From Promethearchaeota archaeon Loki_b31 (GTDB taxonomy: Archaea; Asgardarchaeota; Lokiarchaeia; Sigyniarchaeales; SOKP01), in NCBI GenBank assembly GCA_005222975.1, contig NJBI01000011.1, positions 17,810-81,809 on the forward strand: a stretch of DNA of 64,000 bases, read 5' to 3'. The translations under genes were made by a program, and so were the position numbers. Every line of letters starts with the position of its first letter. Position 1 is the stretch's first letter. Below, one piece after another: positions 40,793 to 51,149 of the stretch. The notes under the pieces were generated by a model, which did not search any database, was not told the origin of the DNA, and worked only from the letters and a program-made list of their open reading frames with translations.

Positions 40793-41686
40793 ATGAAAAA
40801 TCTTACACTTATAGAAGAATTAGGGTTTGAAGCTTCAGATAAAGTTGTTATTTTCCATATTGATGATATAGGTTTCTCTCATGCTTCAAATTTAGCTTCA
40901 TTTAAATGTTTAGACTTAGGAGTAGCGAGCTGTGGCTCTATTATTACCCCGGCACCTTGGTTTTTAGAAGCCGCATCAATTTGTAAAAAAAACCCTAAAT
41001 ATGATGTTGGCGTGCATTTAACTCTCACATGTGAGTACGAATTATATCGCTGGCGGGCATTGGGGAGCGTTGATACTAAAACGGGCTTATTGGATTCAGA
41101 AAGATCGCTCTGGCGCACGTCGGAGGAGGCAATTGCAAATGTAACTGTTCAAGCAGCAGAAACTGAAATGCGTTCACAGATTCAAATGGCTCTCGATAAT
41201 GGTATTGATGTTACCCACATAGATTCGCACATGGGCACTGTTTTGAATCCCAAATTCCTTCCGTCTTATTTAAAGCTAGCTCAAGAATTCAATATTGTTG
41301 CCTTTTTACCAAAATTAACTCGAGAAGAATTAATCACCTTGGGACTAGGAGAACATACCGTTGTTTACCTAAAAATGTTTGCAAATTTAGAAGAAAAAGG
41401 TACTCCTCTCATAAACCATGTTATTATTGATACATTGGGAGCGCATCCTAACAAAATAGAATACTATTGCAACAGGTTTGCAGAAATTAAACCAGGTCTA
41501 ACGCATTTCTTATTCCATCCCGCTAAAATGAGCCCTGAATTGAAAGCTATAACCCCGGATTCAGCAAGTTGGCGAGACCTAGATTTTGGAGCATTTACTA
41601 ATCCGCATATTAAAGAGTGTGTTGAGAGGCACGATTTAAAAATAATTGGATATAAAGAAATTCGTGATTATATTAGAAATCAATAA
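40793..41686 (+). CDS. YdjC/ChbG-like carbohydrate deacetylase
   Basis: HIDDIG, GVHLTL, THIDSHMG, FHP. Confidence 0.88.
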   Translation: MKNLTLIEELGFEASDKVVIFHIDDIGFSHASNLASFKCLDLGVASCGSIITPAPWFLEAASICKKNPKYDVGVHLTLTCEYELYRWRALGSVDTKTGLLDSERSLWRTSEEAIANVTVQAAETEMRSQIQMALDNGIDVTHIDSHMGTVLNPKFLPSYLKLAQEFNIVAFLPKLTREELITLGLGEHTVVYLKMFANLEEKGTPLINHVIIDTLGAHPNKIEYYCNRFAEIKPGLTHFLFHPAKMSPELKAITPDSASWRDLDFGAFTNPHIKECVERHDLKIIGYKEIRDYIRNQ

Positions 41687-41807
41687 TCAGTACTTGACTA
41701 AATAATAATACACCTTCTTCCTATTAATTTAAATGAGATCAATTTAAGTTTTTACAAAATAAATAAAAAAAATGTTAGAAGAAATTATAGGATTTAAGTT
41801 TTGTTTG

Positions 41808-42959
41808 TTATTTCCTCTTTCTTCTTAGTAATATTACGACTGCAACGCCTATTACTGCTCCTCCAACAATAACCGAAGATATAATAATTAGTTCGAAAGG
41901 AATTGCTCCTCCAGGCTTTCCCGGGTTTGTCGGGTCGGAAACATCGATGACCACCAAACCCTCACCATTCGCCATGTAGGCGTAATCTCCAACCACATAA
42001 ACATCAAATGCAAATCCGTTCGTGTTTGCGTAGACAGGCGTTCCAGGGTTTGTCGGGTCGGAAATGTCGATAACCGCCAAGCCCCAACCACCATCTGCCA
42101 CATAGGCGTAATCTCCGCTCACGTAAACACCATGTGCTTTTCTGATCGTGTCTTCGTAGATGGGCGTTCCCGGGTTTGTTGGGTCGGAAATATCGATGAT
42201 CGCCAAGCCAGACTCATAATCCGCCACATAGGCGTAATCTCCAACCACATAAACGTCAAATGCATATCCGTCCGTATCTTCGTAGACGGGCATTCCCGGG
42301 TTTGTCAGGTCGGAAACATTGATGACCGCCAAGCCCAAATTACCAGCCGCCACATAAGCGTAATCTCCGCTCACGTAAACGCCACGTGCCTGTCCTGTCG
42401 TGTTTTCGTAGACGGGCGTTCCCGGGTTTGTAGGGTCGGAAACATTGATGATCGCCAAGCCCGACTCACGATCCGCCACGTAGGCGTAATCTCCGCTCAC
42501 GTAAATGCCAATTGCAATTTCGGGTGTGTCTTCGTAGATGGGCGTTCCCGGGTTTGTCGGGTCGAAAATGAAGATGACCGCCAAGCCCGAACTACCAGCC
42601 GCTACATAGGCGTAATCTCCGCTCACGTAAACGTTTTCTGCCCATCCGGTCGTGTTTTCGTAGATGGGCGTTCCCGGGTTTGTCGGGTCGGAAATGTCGA
42701 TGACCGCCAAGCCCGAATCACGATCCGCCACATAGGCGTAATCTCCGCTCACGTGAACGCCACATGCATATCCGGTCGTGTCTTCGTAATAAACAGAAGA
42801 TTCTTGGGGTGGTCGTGTATTAATAATCTTGTTAGAATTCTTTTCTTCAATGGGAATTTCGATATCTCCCTGTGCACTTATTAACATATTTGGAATTACG
42901 ATAAACATTGAAATGAGTAGAATAATCAGCAAGATTTTTTTCTTTTTTGATTTCTGCAT
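41808..42959 (-). CDS. Secreted, membrane-anchored LVIVD-repeat beta-propeller protein
   Basis: N-terminal signal peptide, seven GDYAYVA..GLAVIDISDPTNPG repeats, C-terminal AIPF + TM + RRKRK anchor. Confidence 0.9.
   Translation of the reverse strand: MQKSKKKKILLIILLISMFIVIPNMLISAQGDIEIPIEEKNSNKIINTRPPQESSVYYEDTTGYACGVHVSGDYAYVADRDSGLAVIDISDPTNPGTPIYENTTGWAENVYVSGDYAYVAAGSSGLAVIFIFDPTNPGTPIYEDTPEIAIGIYVSGDYAYVADRESGLAIINVSDPTNPGTPVYENTTGQARGVYVSGDYAYVAAGNLGLAVINVSDLTNPGMPVYEDTDGYAFDVYVVGDYAYVADYESGLAIIDISDPTNPGTPIYEDTIRKAHGVYVSGDYAYVADGGWGLAVIDISDPTNPGTPVYANTNGFAFDVYVVGDYAYMANGEGLVVIDVSDPTNPGKPGGAIPFELIIISSVIVGGAVIGVAVVILLRRKRK
41919..42788 (-). repeat. Seven tandem 126-bp (42-aa) GC-rich repeats
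   Basis: GCGTAATCTCC and GGGTTTGT recur at 126-bp spacing (123 bp for the last unit, which lacks one codon); visibly higher GC than the flanks. Confidence 0.92.
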
Positions 42960-43133
42960 TGATTTACACCGCTATCTTTAATTTTTTTAAAGATATCGTT
43001 TTAATATTAAGATATTATTATTTATAAAGAATGTGGTTGGTAATTGAAAACGACAGATTTCCGTTGCCCCCGCTATAATGGAAAGAAAATTATATCAACT
43101 CTTTCGAACGTGCTGAATGTAGTTTAAAATTTA

Positions 43134-44549
43134 TCAAATCTCACTCCTAAATTTTTCAGGTTTACTACCCTCATAGGATTCTTTCTTTATTGCATGCAGT
43201 TTCACTAATTCAGATTGCAGTTTTTCTAAAGCTTCTCCGTGATAAGGAAATAGATATATAAAGATTAAACTAATTCCGTGCATAAGGATGGGCATTACAA
43301 ATAAAAGGACTTTTATTCCGAGGAGTGCAGTTGCGTCTTGAGTCATCGAACCAGTCACAAAACCAAACATAGTTAAAGTGGTTGTAGCAATTATTGGGCC
43401 TAAACTATCTGCTGGTTTAAACAAGAGAGAACTAGTTCCTTGAAAAATGCTTTCTCGTCGACTTCCATATTTGATTTCGTCTTCGTCAATTGCCATAGTT
43501 AAAAGTACAAAATCAAAGACTCCAAATCCAGATAAAATTGATACGAGAGAAACGCAAATCCATACTATTGTTGTCGATCCTATTGCGGAGACTATTATAA
43601 AACTAATTAAATTTGCTATAATCAAACCTGACTTAAGGATAAGAATAGTTTTTCGAATCCCCCATTTTTTTTCTAATTTCATATAAATTATATTTGAGAA
43701 AAAACCTATACCAAATGTAAGAAGCATAAATAATATGGGCGTTAGCGGTCCGGGACCTAAGATGAATATAAAGGCAAAAAGAAATGAAAATCCCATAGCC
43801 CTTGCACCAGTATTGAAGAAAATGTACCCCGTGCGCGTCAAAAACGCTTTAGATTTAATAACCATTTTCATGGCTTGGAAAAATGTATAATCTTCTTCAA
43901 CTCTTAATTCTGGTCTTTCCTTTAAAGTGCGAGTAACTATTATATATAATATAATCGAAATAATAGCAAGTATGCCATTGAACATTTGAAAAGTTTCTAA
44001 GCTCGCATCAAATATAGATTGTGCAAATACAACTGGAATTCCAGCAATAAATGTTGCAATGTTGGCATAAAAGGATAATTTATAGCGAACTTTGATGTTA
44101 TCAGACATTTCTGACATTAATGACATGTATAATCCAATTACTAGAGAAAGAAAGGTATCAAAAATACATATACTTAATACGAATTGAAAGAATATTATAA
44201 TTTGGTTGTCATAACTCCAAGGGAACCACATTATGAAGTAAAATATTGCCCATAATGGCCCGAACCATTTTATATAAATTAATCTTCGACTACCCCATTT
44301 ATCAATATTAGTTTTATCACTCATATGCCCCGTTAGTGGATCGTTTAGGGCATTAATCGTAGCATAAATTAGCATCCCAATGATAAATAATGAATCAATT
44401 AAACCTAAATAATTCCAAAAGAAATTAACATACATTAACATGAAAACTCCCGCAAGGAAAGTATTAGGAATATATCCAAGTGAATATATAAACACATCTT
44501 TTCTGGGCAATTTTCCAACAAAATTATTGTTTGTTTTTGATTTTTCCAA
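43134..44549 (-). CDS. GPH-family (MelB-like) sugar transporter
   Basis: NALNDPLTGHMSD, WGSRR, DEDEIKYGSRRES; 12 TM segments. Confidence 0.88.
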   Translation of the reverse strand: MEKSKTNNNFVGKLPRKDVFIYSLGYIPNTFLAGVFMLMYVNFFWNYLGLIDSLFIIGMLIYATINALNDPLTGHMSDKTNIDKWGSRRLIYIKWFGPLWAIFYFIMWFPWSYDNQIIIFFQFVLSICIFDTFLSLVIGLYMSLMSEMSDNIKVRYKLSFYANIATFIAGIPVVFAQSIFDASLETFQMFNGILAIISIILYIIVTRTLKERPELRVEEDYTFFQAMKMVIKSKAFLTRTGYIFFNTGARAMGFSFLFAFIFILGPGPLTPILFMLLTFGIGFFSNIIYMKLEKKWGIRKTILILKSGLIIANLISFIIVSAIGSTTIVWICVSLVSILSGFGVFDFVLLTMAIDEDEIKYGSRRESIFQGTSSLLFKPADSLGPIIATTTLTMFGFVTGSMTQDATALLGIKVLLFVMPILMHGISLIFIYLFPYHGEALEKLQSELVKLHAIKKESYEGSKPEKFRSEI

Positions 44550-44683
44550 ATTACATCACTTATATAATTTTAACTTCAAATTTTTTTTACATAATATTTC
44601 AATTATTCGTTTTATATACATTCTTTTTTTTTGATGTGATTTTTATCAATATTATTCTAAAATCAAAACATCATGCGCTTTTC

Positions 44684-46306
44684 CTAATATAAAGATCTTC
44701 TTTTTGGTTCTTTTAACATGGTAAAAAATCCAAATATTTTTTTGATTAAGTGCGGTTCATATTCGTCTTTCTGGGCATAGCAAACTCCGAGCATATCTAA
44801 CCGTTTAAGAATAATTCCAAGGCATTTTTTAAAATTTTTGAAGTTTTTCTGTTCTATCAATGTCCAACCAGTTTCCGCAAATGCTATTAGGCGAGGAAAG
44901 GTTTGCCAATCTAATTCATTTACATTTCTAACCCATTCTGTCCACATAGGAGCTTCTATTCCTAAGATATTGCAATGATATTCCTTCATTAATCTTTTAG
45001 GAATAGGTTCGTATCGATATGCTTTACTTAGAGAAGTAAAAGAATAGGAATAATCAAGGTAAGTGTAGCCAAATTTCGACATTACAATATTTCCTCCTCT
45101 TTTTAGGTGTTTCGTAACTTCCTTTTTACCAAAAATCCAATATTGTCCAATAACATCTTCAGATATCTTATCACTTAGAATTTGATTCCATCCCATTACC
45201 CTACAATAGCGAGAGGTTAGAAATGTTATTATCCTATTTGTAAAATAAATTTGGAGCTCCTTTTCATCATTAAGGCTCTCTGATTTTATTCTCGTTTGAC
45301 ATTCAGGACATTCTTTCCATCTTTTTCTAGGAACTTCGTCGCCTCCAATATGAATTATATATGAGGGAAATAATTGAATTATCTCATCTAACACATTTTG
45401 CATAAATTCAAATACTGACTCTTTACCAACACATAAAACATCCTTTTTAATTCCAAATTTAATTGGTACTTCAAATGGACCTCCGGTGCAACTTAATTCA
45501 GGATAAGCTGCTAATACTGCTTTTGAATGGCCAGGCATGTCTATTTCTGGAACTACTTTAATAAAAAGTTTATCTGCATAAGCAACTATCTCTTGTACAT
45601 CTTTTTGAGTGTAAAATCCTTCGTGTGGGGTGTTATCTGTTTTTCTACTTATAAAACCTCCAATTTGGGTTTCTTTCCTTTTTGATCCAATTTCTGTTAG
45701 GAGGGGATATTTCTTAATTTCAATTCTCCAACCCTGATCATCTGTAAGATGCCAACGAAAAACATTCATCTTAAAGAGTGCCATCATATCTAGGATCCGT
45801 TTAACAACTTCTTTACTAAGGAAATGTCTACTTTCGTCAAGCATGTATCCTCGCCAAGAGAATCGAGGATAATCTTTAATTTCTACAGAAGGAACAGACC
45901 ATTCAATATGGCCCTTATTAGTAATGCTTTCTATTTCAGCTGGAAGTAATTGACGAAGAGTTTGAATGCCATAAAAAACACCAGCAGGACTGGGAGCAGA
46001 TAATATAATGCGTTCTTGATTAATGTTGAGAAAATACCCTTCTTCACCCAAATTATTAATTTCTTTATCGATTTTTAAAGAAACTGTGTTATATTTATTT
46101 AGTTCAGATTTAGAGTTCACTATTAACAAATCAAAGCCCGTTGCTGGTTTTAATAAACGCTTAAAAAATTTAGCAACATCATTTAATTTCGGATCGAATT
46201 CAATAATAGTTTTGTTTGTTATAATGAACTTTCCTTTTCCTAGAGCCATATTTACAGGTTTAGGTATGATACAAATTTTATTTCTTAACATTAATTTTTT
46301 TTCCAT
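44684..46306 (-). CDS. Beta-N-acetylhexosaminidase, GH20
   Basis: DYPRFSWRGYMLDESRHF, HLTDDQGWR, PEIDMPGH, HIGGDE, WTE. Confidence 0.94.
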   Translation of the reverse strand: MEKKLMLRNKICIIPKPVNMALGKGKFIITNKTIIEFDPKLNDVAKFFKRLLKPATGFDLLIVNSKSELNKYNTVSLKIDKEINNLGEEGYFLNINQERIILSAPSPAGVFYGIQTLRQLLPAEIESITNKGHIEWSVPSVEIKDYPRFSWRGYMLDESRHFLSKEVVKRILDMMALFKMNVFRWHLTDDQGWRIEIKKYPLLTEIGSKRKETQIGGFISRKTDNTPHEGFYTQKDVQEIVAYADKLFIKVVPEIDMPGHSKAVLAAYPELSCTGGPFEVPIKFGIKKDVLCVGKESVFEFMQNVLDEIIQLFPSYIIHIGGDEVPRKRWKECPECQTRIKSESLNDEKELQIYFTNRIITFLTSRYCRVMGWNQILSDKISEDVIGQYWIFGKKEVTKHLKRGGNIVMSKFGYTYLDYSYSFTSLSKAYRYEPIPKRLMKEYHCNILGIEAPMWTEWVRNVNELDWQTFPRLIAFAETGWTLIEQKNFKNFKKCLGIILKRLDMLGVCYAQKDEYEPHLIKKIFGFFTMLKEPKRRSLY

Positions 46307-46404
46307 GGATATTAATTAGGCAAAACTGCTATTAAATGTTAAATAAAGTTTAAATTTTAATAAGAGTTATTCATTTTAATTTAATTCTAAAGAGATCGCT
46401 TTAA

Positions 46405-47784
46405 TTGAGATTAGCGAATTACAAATCAGTTAAAAAACATAAAGTGCCAGATTGGTTTCATAATGCAAAACTTGGGATTTTCATACATTGGGGACTTTAT
46501 TCTGTGCCTGCCTTTGCCGTTACAGGCTTAGATTTAGTAGAATCCATGAAAAGAGATTTGGAAGAACACTTCAAGAATAATCCCTATGCTGAATGGTATC
46601 TCAATTCTTTAAGAATAGAAGGAAGTCCTACTCAACAATATCATAAAGATAAGTATGGTGAAGATTTTGACTATGAAGATTTTAGTCCTATTTTTAATGA
46701 AGAAATAAAGAAGTGGAACCCTAAAGAATGGGTAGAGCTATTCAATAAAGCCGGAGCAAAATATGTAGTTTTAGTAACAAAGCATCACGATGGTTTTCTT
46801 CTATGGCCTAGTAAATATCCTAATCCAAAAAAAAAGAATTATAAGGCAAGTAGAGATATTGTTGGCGAACTTTCTAAAGAAGTTCGGAAAAAGGGTTTGA
46901 AAATGGGTTTTTATTATTCTGGCACACTAGATTGGTCTTTTAATTCAGAACCGATTAAAGATGGAAAAACCTTTGTCGAAAATGGAGTTAGAACAGCAGA
47001 GTACATTGAGTATGCAAATAATCACTGGTATGAATTAATAGATAGGTATAATGCTATTATTCTGTGGAACGATATTGGCTATGTACCAACAAATGCTTAT
47101 GAAATATTTGAGTATTTTTATACTAAATTTCCTGAAGGAATCATCAATGATCGATGGAAACAAATTCGAAAAAAAGGAGATAATTTTCCACGAGTACACC
47201 ATAATGATTATTTAACGCCCGAATATGAAGTCTTTAATAAAATTATGAAGAGAAAATGGGAAACAAATCGAGGAATTGGCAATTCTTATGGCTATAATAG
47301 AATGGAAAATGAAGAAGATTATCTCGATTCAGAAAAATTAATTAGAATGTTCGTAGATATCGTAAGTAAAAACGGCAACCTCCTCTTAAATGTGGGTCCC
47401 ATGGCAGATGGCACTATCCCAGAACTTCAAAGGAAAGTTTTGCTTAATTTAGGGGAATGGCTTGAAATCAATGGGGAAGCTATTTACGATACGCGCCCGT
47501 GGGTAAAAGCAGAAGGATTAACCATAGATGGAATAGAAGTGAGATATATTAAAACTCAAAAATCCCTTTTCGCAACGCTACTTGAAAAGCCTGAGGAAAA
47601 GGAGTTAGAGATTAAATCTTTAGTAATCAATGAAAATTCAACAGTTCGATTATTGGGGAACAATAATGAAATTGAATGGTCCCAAATGGAAGAAAATTTA
47701 AAGCTAAAGATTCCAGATGATCTTTTTAACTCACCAGCATATTCCTTTAAAATTACACCTACACCTGATGAAGGCATAAATTGA
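46405..47784 (+). CDS. Alpha-L-fucosidase, GH29
   Basis: KLGIFIHWGLYSVP, KHHDGF, LWND, WE, SKNGNLLLNVGP. Confidence 0.94.
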   Translation: MRLANYKSVKKHKVPDWFHNAKLGIFIHWGLYSVPAFAVTGLDLVESMKRDLEEHFKNNPYAEWYLNSLRIEGSPTQQYHKDKYGEDFDYEDFSPIFNEEIKKWNPKEWVELFNKAGAKYVVLVTKHHDGFLLWPSKYPNPKKKNYKASRDIVGELSKEVRKKGLKMGFYYSGTLDWSFNSEPIKDGKTFVENGVRTAEYIEYANNHWYELIDRYNAIILWNDIGYVPTNAYEIFEYFYTKFPEGIINDRWKQIRKKGDNFPRVHHNDYLTPEYEVFNKIMKRKWETNRGIGNSYGYNRMENEEDYLDSEKLIRMFVDIVSKNGNLLLNVGPMADGTIPELQRKVLLNLGEWLEINGEAIYDTRPWVKAEGLTIDGIEVRYIKTQKSLFATLLEKPEEKELEIKSLVINENSTVRLLGNNNEIEWSQMEENLKLKIPDDLFNSPAYSFKITPTPDEGIN

Positions 47785-47831
47785 ATTTAGGAATTTAGAA
47801 TAAGAAAAAAAATTTGAAATTTTTCAAGCTT

Positions 47832-49079
47832 CTAAGCTTGTTTTAGAAGTGAAGAGATGTAATCCCATTTTTTGTTAATCTTATCGGAAGTTCTTAATCG
47901 ATTAAATATTTTATATTCGAAAGCCCCAATAAGATTATACATAGATTTCACTTGTTTATATACTTCAAATTCTTCAAACTTTTTTGTATATTCCTCTACA
48001 TTTTCAGAGTTCCATATATACTCATGATATTTAATAGAGTCCATGTTGCTATCAGAAAGTTCTTTCATTTTTTTCGAGATATTTTCAACCCAGAAGTGTG
48101 ACATCGCCATTGAATAGTACAACCCTGAAGATCCAAACGGATTAACAAATCCTGCATTATCTCCGATAAGAACAACACCGGGACATGGAACAAAATTTTC
48201 TACCATTTTAGAGTTTGGTATATATGTTAATTCCTCGTAATCAATTTTAGCCCCCTTAAAAAACTCACTAAATCCTGGATAATCTTTCTTCAGATTTTCC
48301 CAAACCATCATAATTTCATCATGATCAGGTATTTTAACGGTTTTCATTTGAGGTACTTGTGCCATTCGCAACATTAAACCCACTTCTGCTCTTTTTTTCT
48401 CTAATGGAAATACATACGCAATACTTTGAGGAAAATTAGTGGAGTAATCCAAATCACCGTTCCCGATGAAAAAGAATTGTAAATCTGGAGTTTCGCTAAT
48501 ATCTATGTTAGCTTCGCTAATTAAGCATTTTATTATGGGACAATTTATCTCTTCGTCGTAAGGAACTCCATAATGGTTTCCAATAATGCCAGAATATCCA
48601 CTGCAATCTAAAATTGCGTTTCCATATACTTCATTAAGCTCTCCATTCTTATCTTTAAATTTTACGCCAATGATAAAACCATTTTTCTCAATTGGTTCTG
48701 TAACCTCAGCTTTTAAAAGGATGTCAACTCCTAACTCGCTCGCAATTTCTACAAATCTATCGATAAATTTTCTCCATTCGAAAAAATAATGGTCGTATTC
48801 ACGGTAGGTCGTTGTTGTTTGTAAATTTCCAGGAGAATGCCATACTCTTCCTCCGTTGGATTTAATTCCTATAGAAGGTAAGAAGTTCTTTCCTAGAATA
48901 ATATCAACAATAGGATAATGGCCCATTCCTTCACCACGAGGTTTTGGTCCAGCAAGTTCACCTTTTTCTAAAATCACAGCTTTAAATCCTTTTCTTGCAG
49001 ACACGATGCCCGCAGTTAATCCAGCTGGCCCAGCTCCAACGATTACAAAATCGTAATTCTTTGAATTTTTTATAGTCAT
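47832..49079 (-). CDS. Geranylgeranyl reductase-like FAD oxidoreductase (divergent)
   Basis: GAGPAG, YVFP, GDNAGFVNP; KPRGEG replaces the usual KPCG. Confidence 0.78.
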   Translation of the reverse strand: MTIKNSKNYDFVIVGAGPAGLTAGIVSARKGFKAVILEKGELAGPKPRGEGMGHYPIVDIILGKNFLPSIGIKSNGGRVWHSPGNLQTTTTYREYDHYFFEWRKFIDRFVEIASELGVDILLKAEVTEPIEKNGFIIGVKFKDKNGELNEVYGNAILDCSGYSGIIGNHYGVPYDEEINCPIIKCLISEANIDISETPDLQFFFIGNGDLDYSTNFPQSIAYVFPLEKKRAEVGLMLRMAQVPQMKTVKIPDHDEIMMVWENLKKDYPGFSEFFKGAKIDYEELTYIPNSKMVENFVPCPGVVLIGDNAGFVNPFGSSGLYYSMAMSHFWVENISKKMKELSDSNMDSIKYHEYIWNSENVEEYTKKFEEFEVYKQVKSMYNLIGAFEYKIFNRLRTSDKINKKWDYISSLLKQA

Positions 49080-49225
49080 AGTTTAAAAATAGGAATAGAA
49101 TAAATTAATCATTTTTGATGCAGATGCAAAGAACGATAAACACATTAAAATTTCTTTTTTATTAGGAAAATATAATTTTTAATGCTTCAACCATTAACTA
49201 ATATACTTACAAAAAAAAACAGATA

Positions 49226-50404
49226 ATGAAAATGTTTGATGTTGTAATATCGGGAGCGGGGCCCGCCGGCTCTAAGTGTGCTCAAGTTCTAGCTGAAAGT
49301 GGGTTTGAAGTCGCTTTAATAGAAAGAGATATTAACTGGCGAAAACCTTGCGGTGGTGCTGTTAGCTCAAGAATCTTTAAATATTACCCTCAACTGCGAA
49401 AGTTAAATTATTCCCCTATTACGGGAGTAACTATATATTCTGGGGATTATCGTCAGATTAAATACTCGTGGGAAAATACTAGGGATTATTCGATAAATGT
49501 AGATCGCTTAGAATTTGATAATTTTGTAAGAAATATTGCTATAGACGCTGGAGTTCAATTGTTTAACAAGAATTTATCTTACGACTTTGTAACTAAAGAT
49601 AGTCAGAAAGTTGGGATCAAAACAAAAACTCCCTCAGGGACAAAGGAATATCGGGGGAAAGTTTTAATTATAGCAGACGGCATGAGCTCTAAATTAGCGC
49701 CTAAATCTGGTTTGAAAGGAAAATGGAAAATTGACGAAATAGGACTATGCAAGTGTGCTATAATGGAAGGGGAAAATTTAATAGAGAAAGATTCTATTTC
49801 CTTATTTTTTAGAGCATATAAAGGGTATGGCTGGATATTTCCACTAGATGACAAACGCTTTAACATTGGATGTGGCACATGGTTAGACGAAAATTTGAAT
49901 TCTAATCTAAACCAAATATATACGGAATTTTTAAACGACCCCCACATTAAGAATTTCTTTCCTAGTTCGCATTATAAAGAAATATGGAAGGGTGCGTATC
50001 CAATTCCCGCATTAGGCGTGAAAGAGAAAAGTTTATACGGCGATAATATTATGATTATTGGAGATGCAGCAGGTTTTGTTTCTCCTATAAGCGGCGAAGG
50101 AATACATCCTAGCATAGTATCTGGAAAAGTTGCCGCTGAAACTGCTATCAAAGCCTTGGAAAATGACGACATATCTAAACAAAGCTTGAAAAAGTACAAA
50201 CAACATCCTAACATTAAAAAAATAATTAGAAATTTTAAAATGAAAGTTTCTATGGTTGAATTTCTTTTTGAAAATAAAGGTCAGAATCTTTCAAAAATGT
50301 TTGAACTAGCAGGCACAGATGATAAAATAAGAGAAGAAGTCATTAATATGTTCTTATTTTCCATACCACCATCTAAAGAATTACTTTTAAGAATTCAGAC
50401 CTAA
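49226..50404 (+). CDS. Geranylgeranyl reductase family (archaeal lipid reductase)
   Basis: GAGPAG, KPCGG, ADG, YGWIFP, GDAAGFVSPISGEGI. Confidence 0.9.
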   Translation: MKMFDVVISGAGPAGSKCAQVLAESGFEVALIERDINWRKPCGGAVSSRIFKYYPQLRKLNYSPITGVTIYSGDYRQIKYSWENTRDYSINVDRLEFDNFVRNIAIDAGVQLFNKNLSYDFVTKDSQKVGIKTKTPSGTKEYRGKVLIIADGMSSKLAPKSGLKGKWKIDEIGLCKCAIMEGENLIEKDSISLFFRAYKGYGWIFPLDDKRFNIGCGTWLDENLNSNLNQIYTEFLNDPHIKNFFPSSHYKEIWKGAYPIPALGVKEKSLYGDNIMIIGDAAGFVSPISGEGIHPSIVSGKVAAETAIKALENDDISKQSLKKYKQHPNIKKIIRNFKMKVSMVEFLFENKGQNLSKMFELAGTDDKIREEVINMFLFSIPPSKELLLRIQT

Positions 50405-50457
50405 ATTTACAATATTTATAATTTTCTAATTAAAGTAATTAATCCAAATAATGTATC

Positions 50458-51072
50458 ATGGAAAAACTAAAGATAAATATCATTAAAATATTGAATTATA
50501 TACCACGCCCGTTTTACGGGTTGTTATCAGCAACAGTAGGTATAGCCGGAGATATCATAGCTATATCGCTTTTTCCTAATTTTAATTTAAGCAACATGAT
50601 AAGTGATTTAGGGACGAGTCCTGGCGCAATATACTTCAACATCGGGGCGTTTTTATCTGGTGTTTTTGCATTATTGACATATTTACACATAGTAGAAATT
50701 TTTGAGAACGAAAATATCAATCATCCAAAAGTACTCAGAATCGGAAAAGTGTTTGCGATTAATTCGTGCGTTTTTTTTGCTTTAATTGGTGTTATTCCTT
50801 CGGTTAGAAGTAATATAATACTTTTTGTTGTTCACGGAGTGGTTGCGTTAATTAGTTTAGTAAGTGGGGTTATTTATTTAAGCGCTTTTAGCTACCTTTT
50901 CTTTAAAAGTGAGAAGTTTTCAGGGCTTGTTGGGTATCTACCTTTAATAGCAGTAAGCTGTATCGTCCCGTTTTTGTTCTCATGGCACCCAATAACAGAA
51001 TGGATTCTGACATTTGGCATTACATTCTGGATTGTTGCTATTTCAATTTACATGCTTTATCATAAAATGTAA
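50458..51072 (+). CDS. DUF998-like membrane protein
   Basis: ISDLG, FN, VH, EW motifs with 5-6 TM segments. Confidence 0.6.
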   Translation: MEKLKINIIKILNYIPRPFYGLLSATVGIAGDIIAISLFPNFNLSNMISDLGTSPGAIYFNIGAFLSGVFALLTYLHIVEIFENENINHPKVLRIGKVFAINSCVFFALIGVIPSVRSNIILFVVHGVVALISLVSGVIYLSAFSYLFFKSEKFSGLVGYLPLIAVSCIVPFLFSWHPITEWILTFGITFWIVAISIYMLYHKM

Positions 51073-51149
51073 TTCTTTTTCTCAAGACTACTTTTTCTCG
51101 TTTTAATTTTTAAAATAGTATTAAAACGATATTTAATAATTTTAAGTTA

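Noticed and set aside
41919-42788. Possible CRISPR array or DGR
   Set aside because: Units are 126-bp in-frame coding repeats with no unique spacers; no cas or reverse transcriptase genes in the window
42132-42884. 250-aa plus-strand ORF with repeats
   Set aside because: Antisense shadow of the GC-rich LVIVD repeats; the minus-strand ORF has the signal peptide, known repeat and anchor
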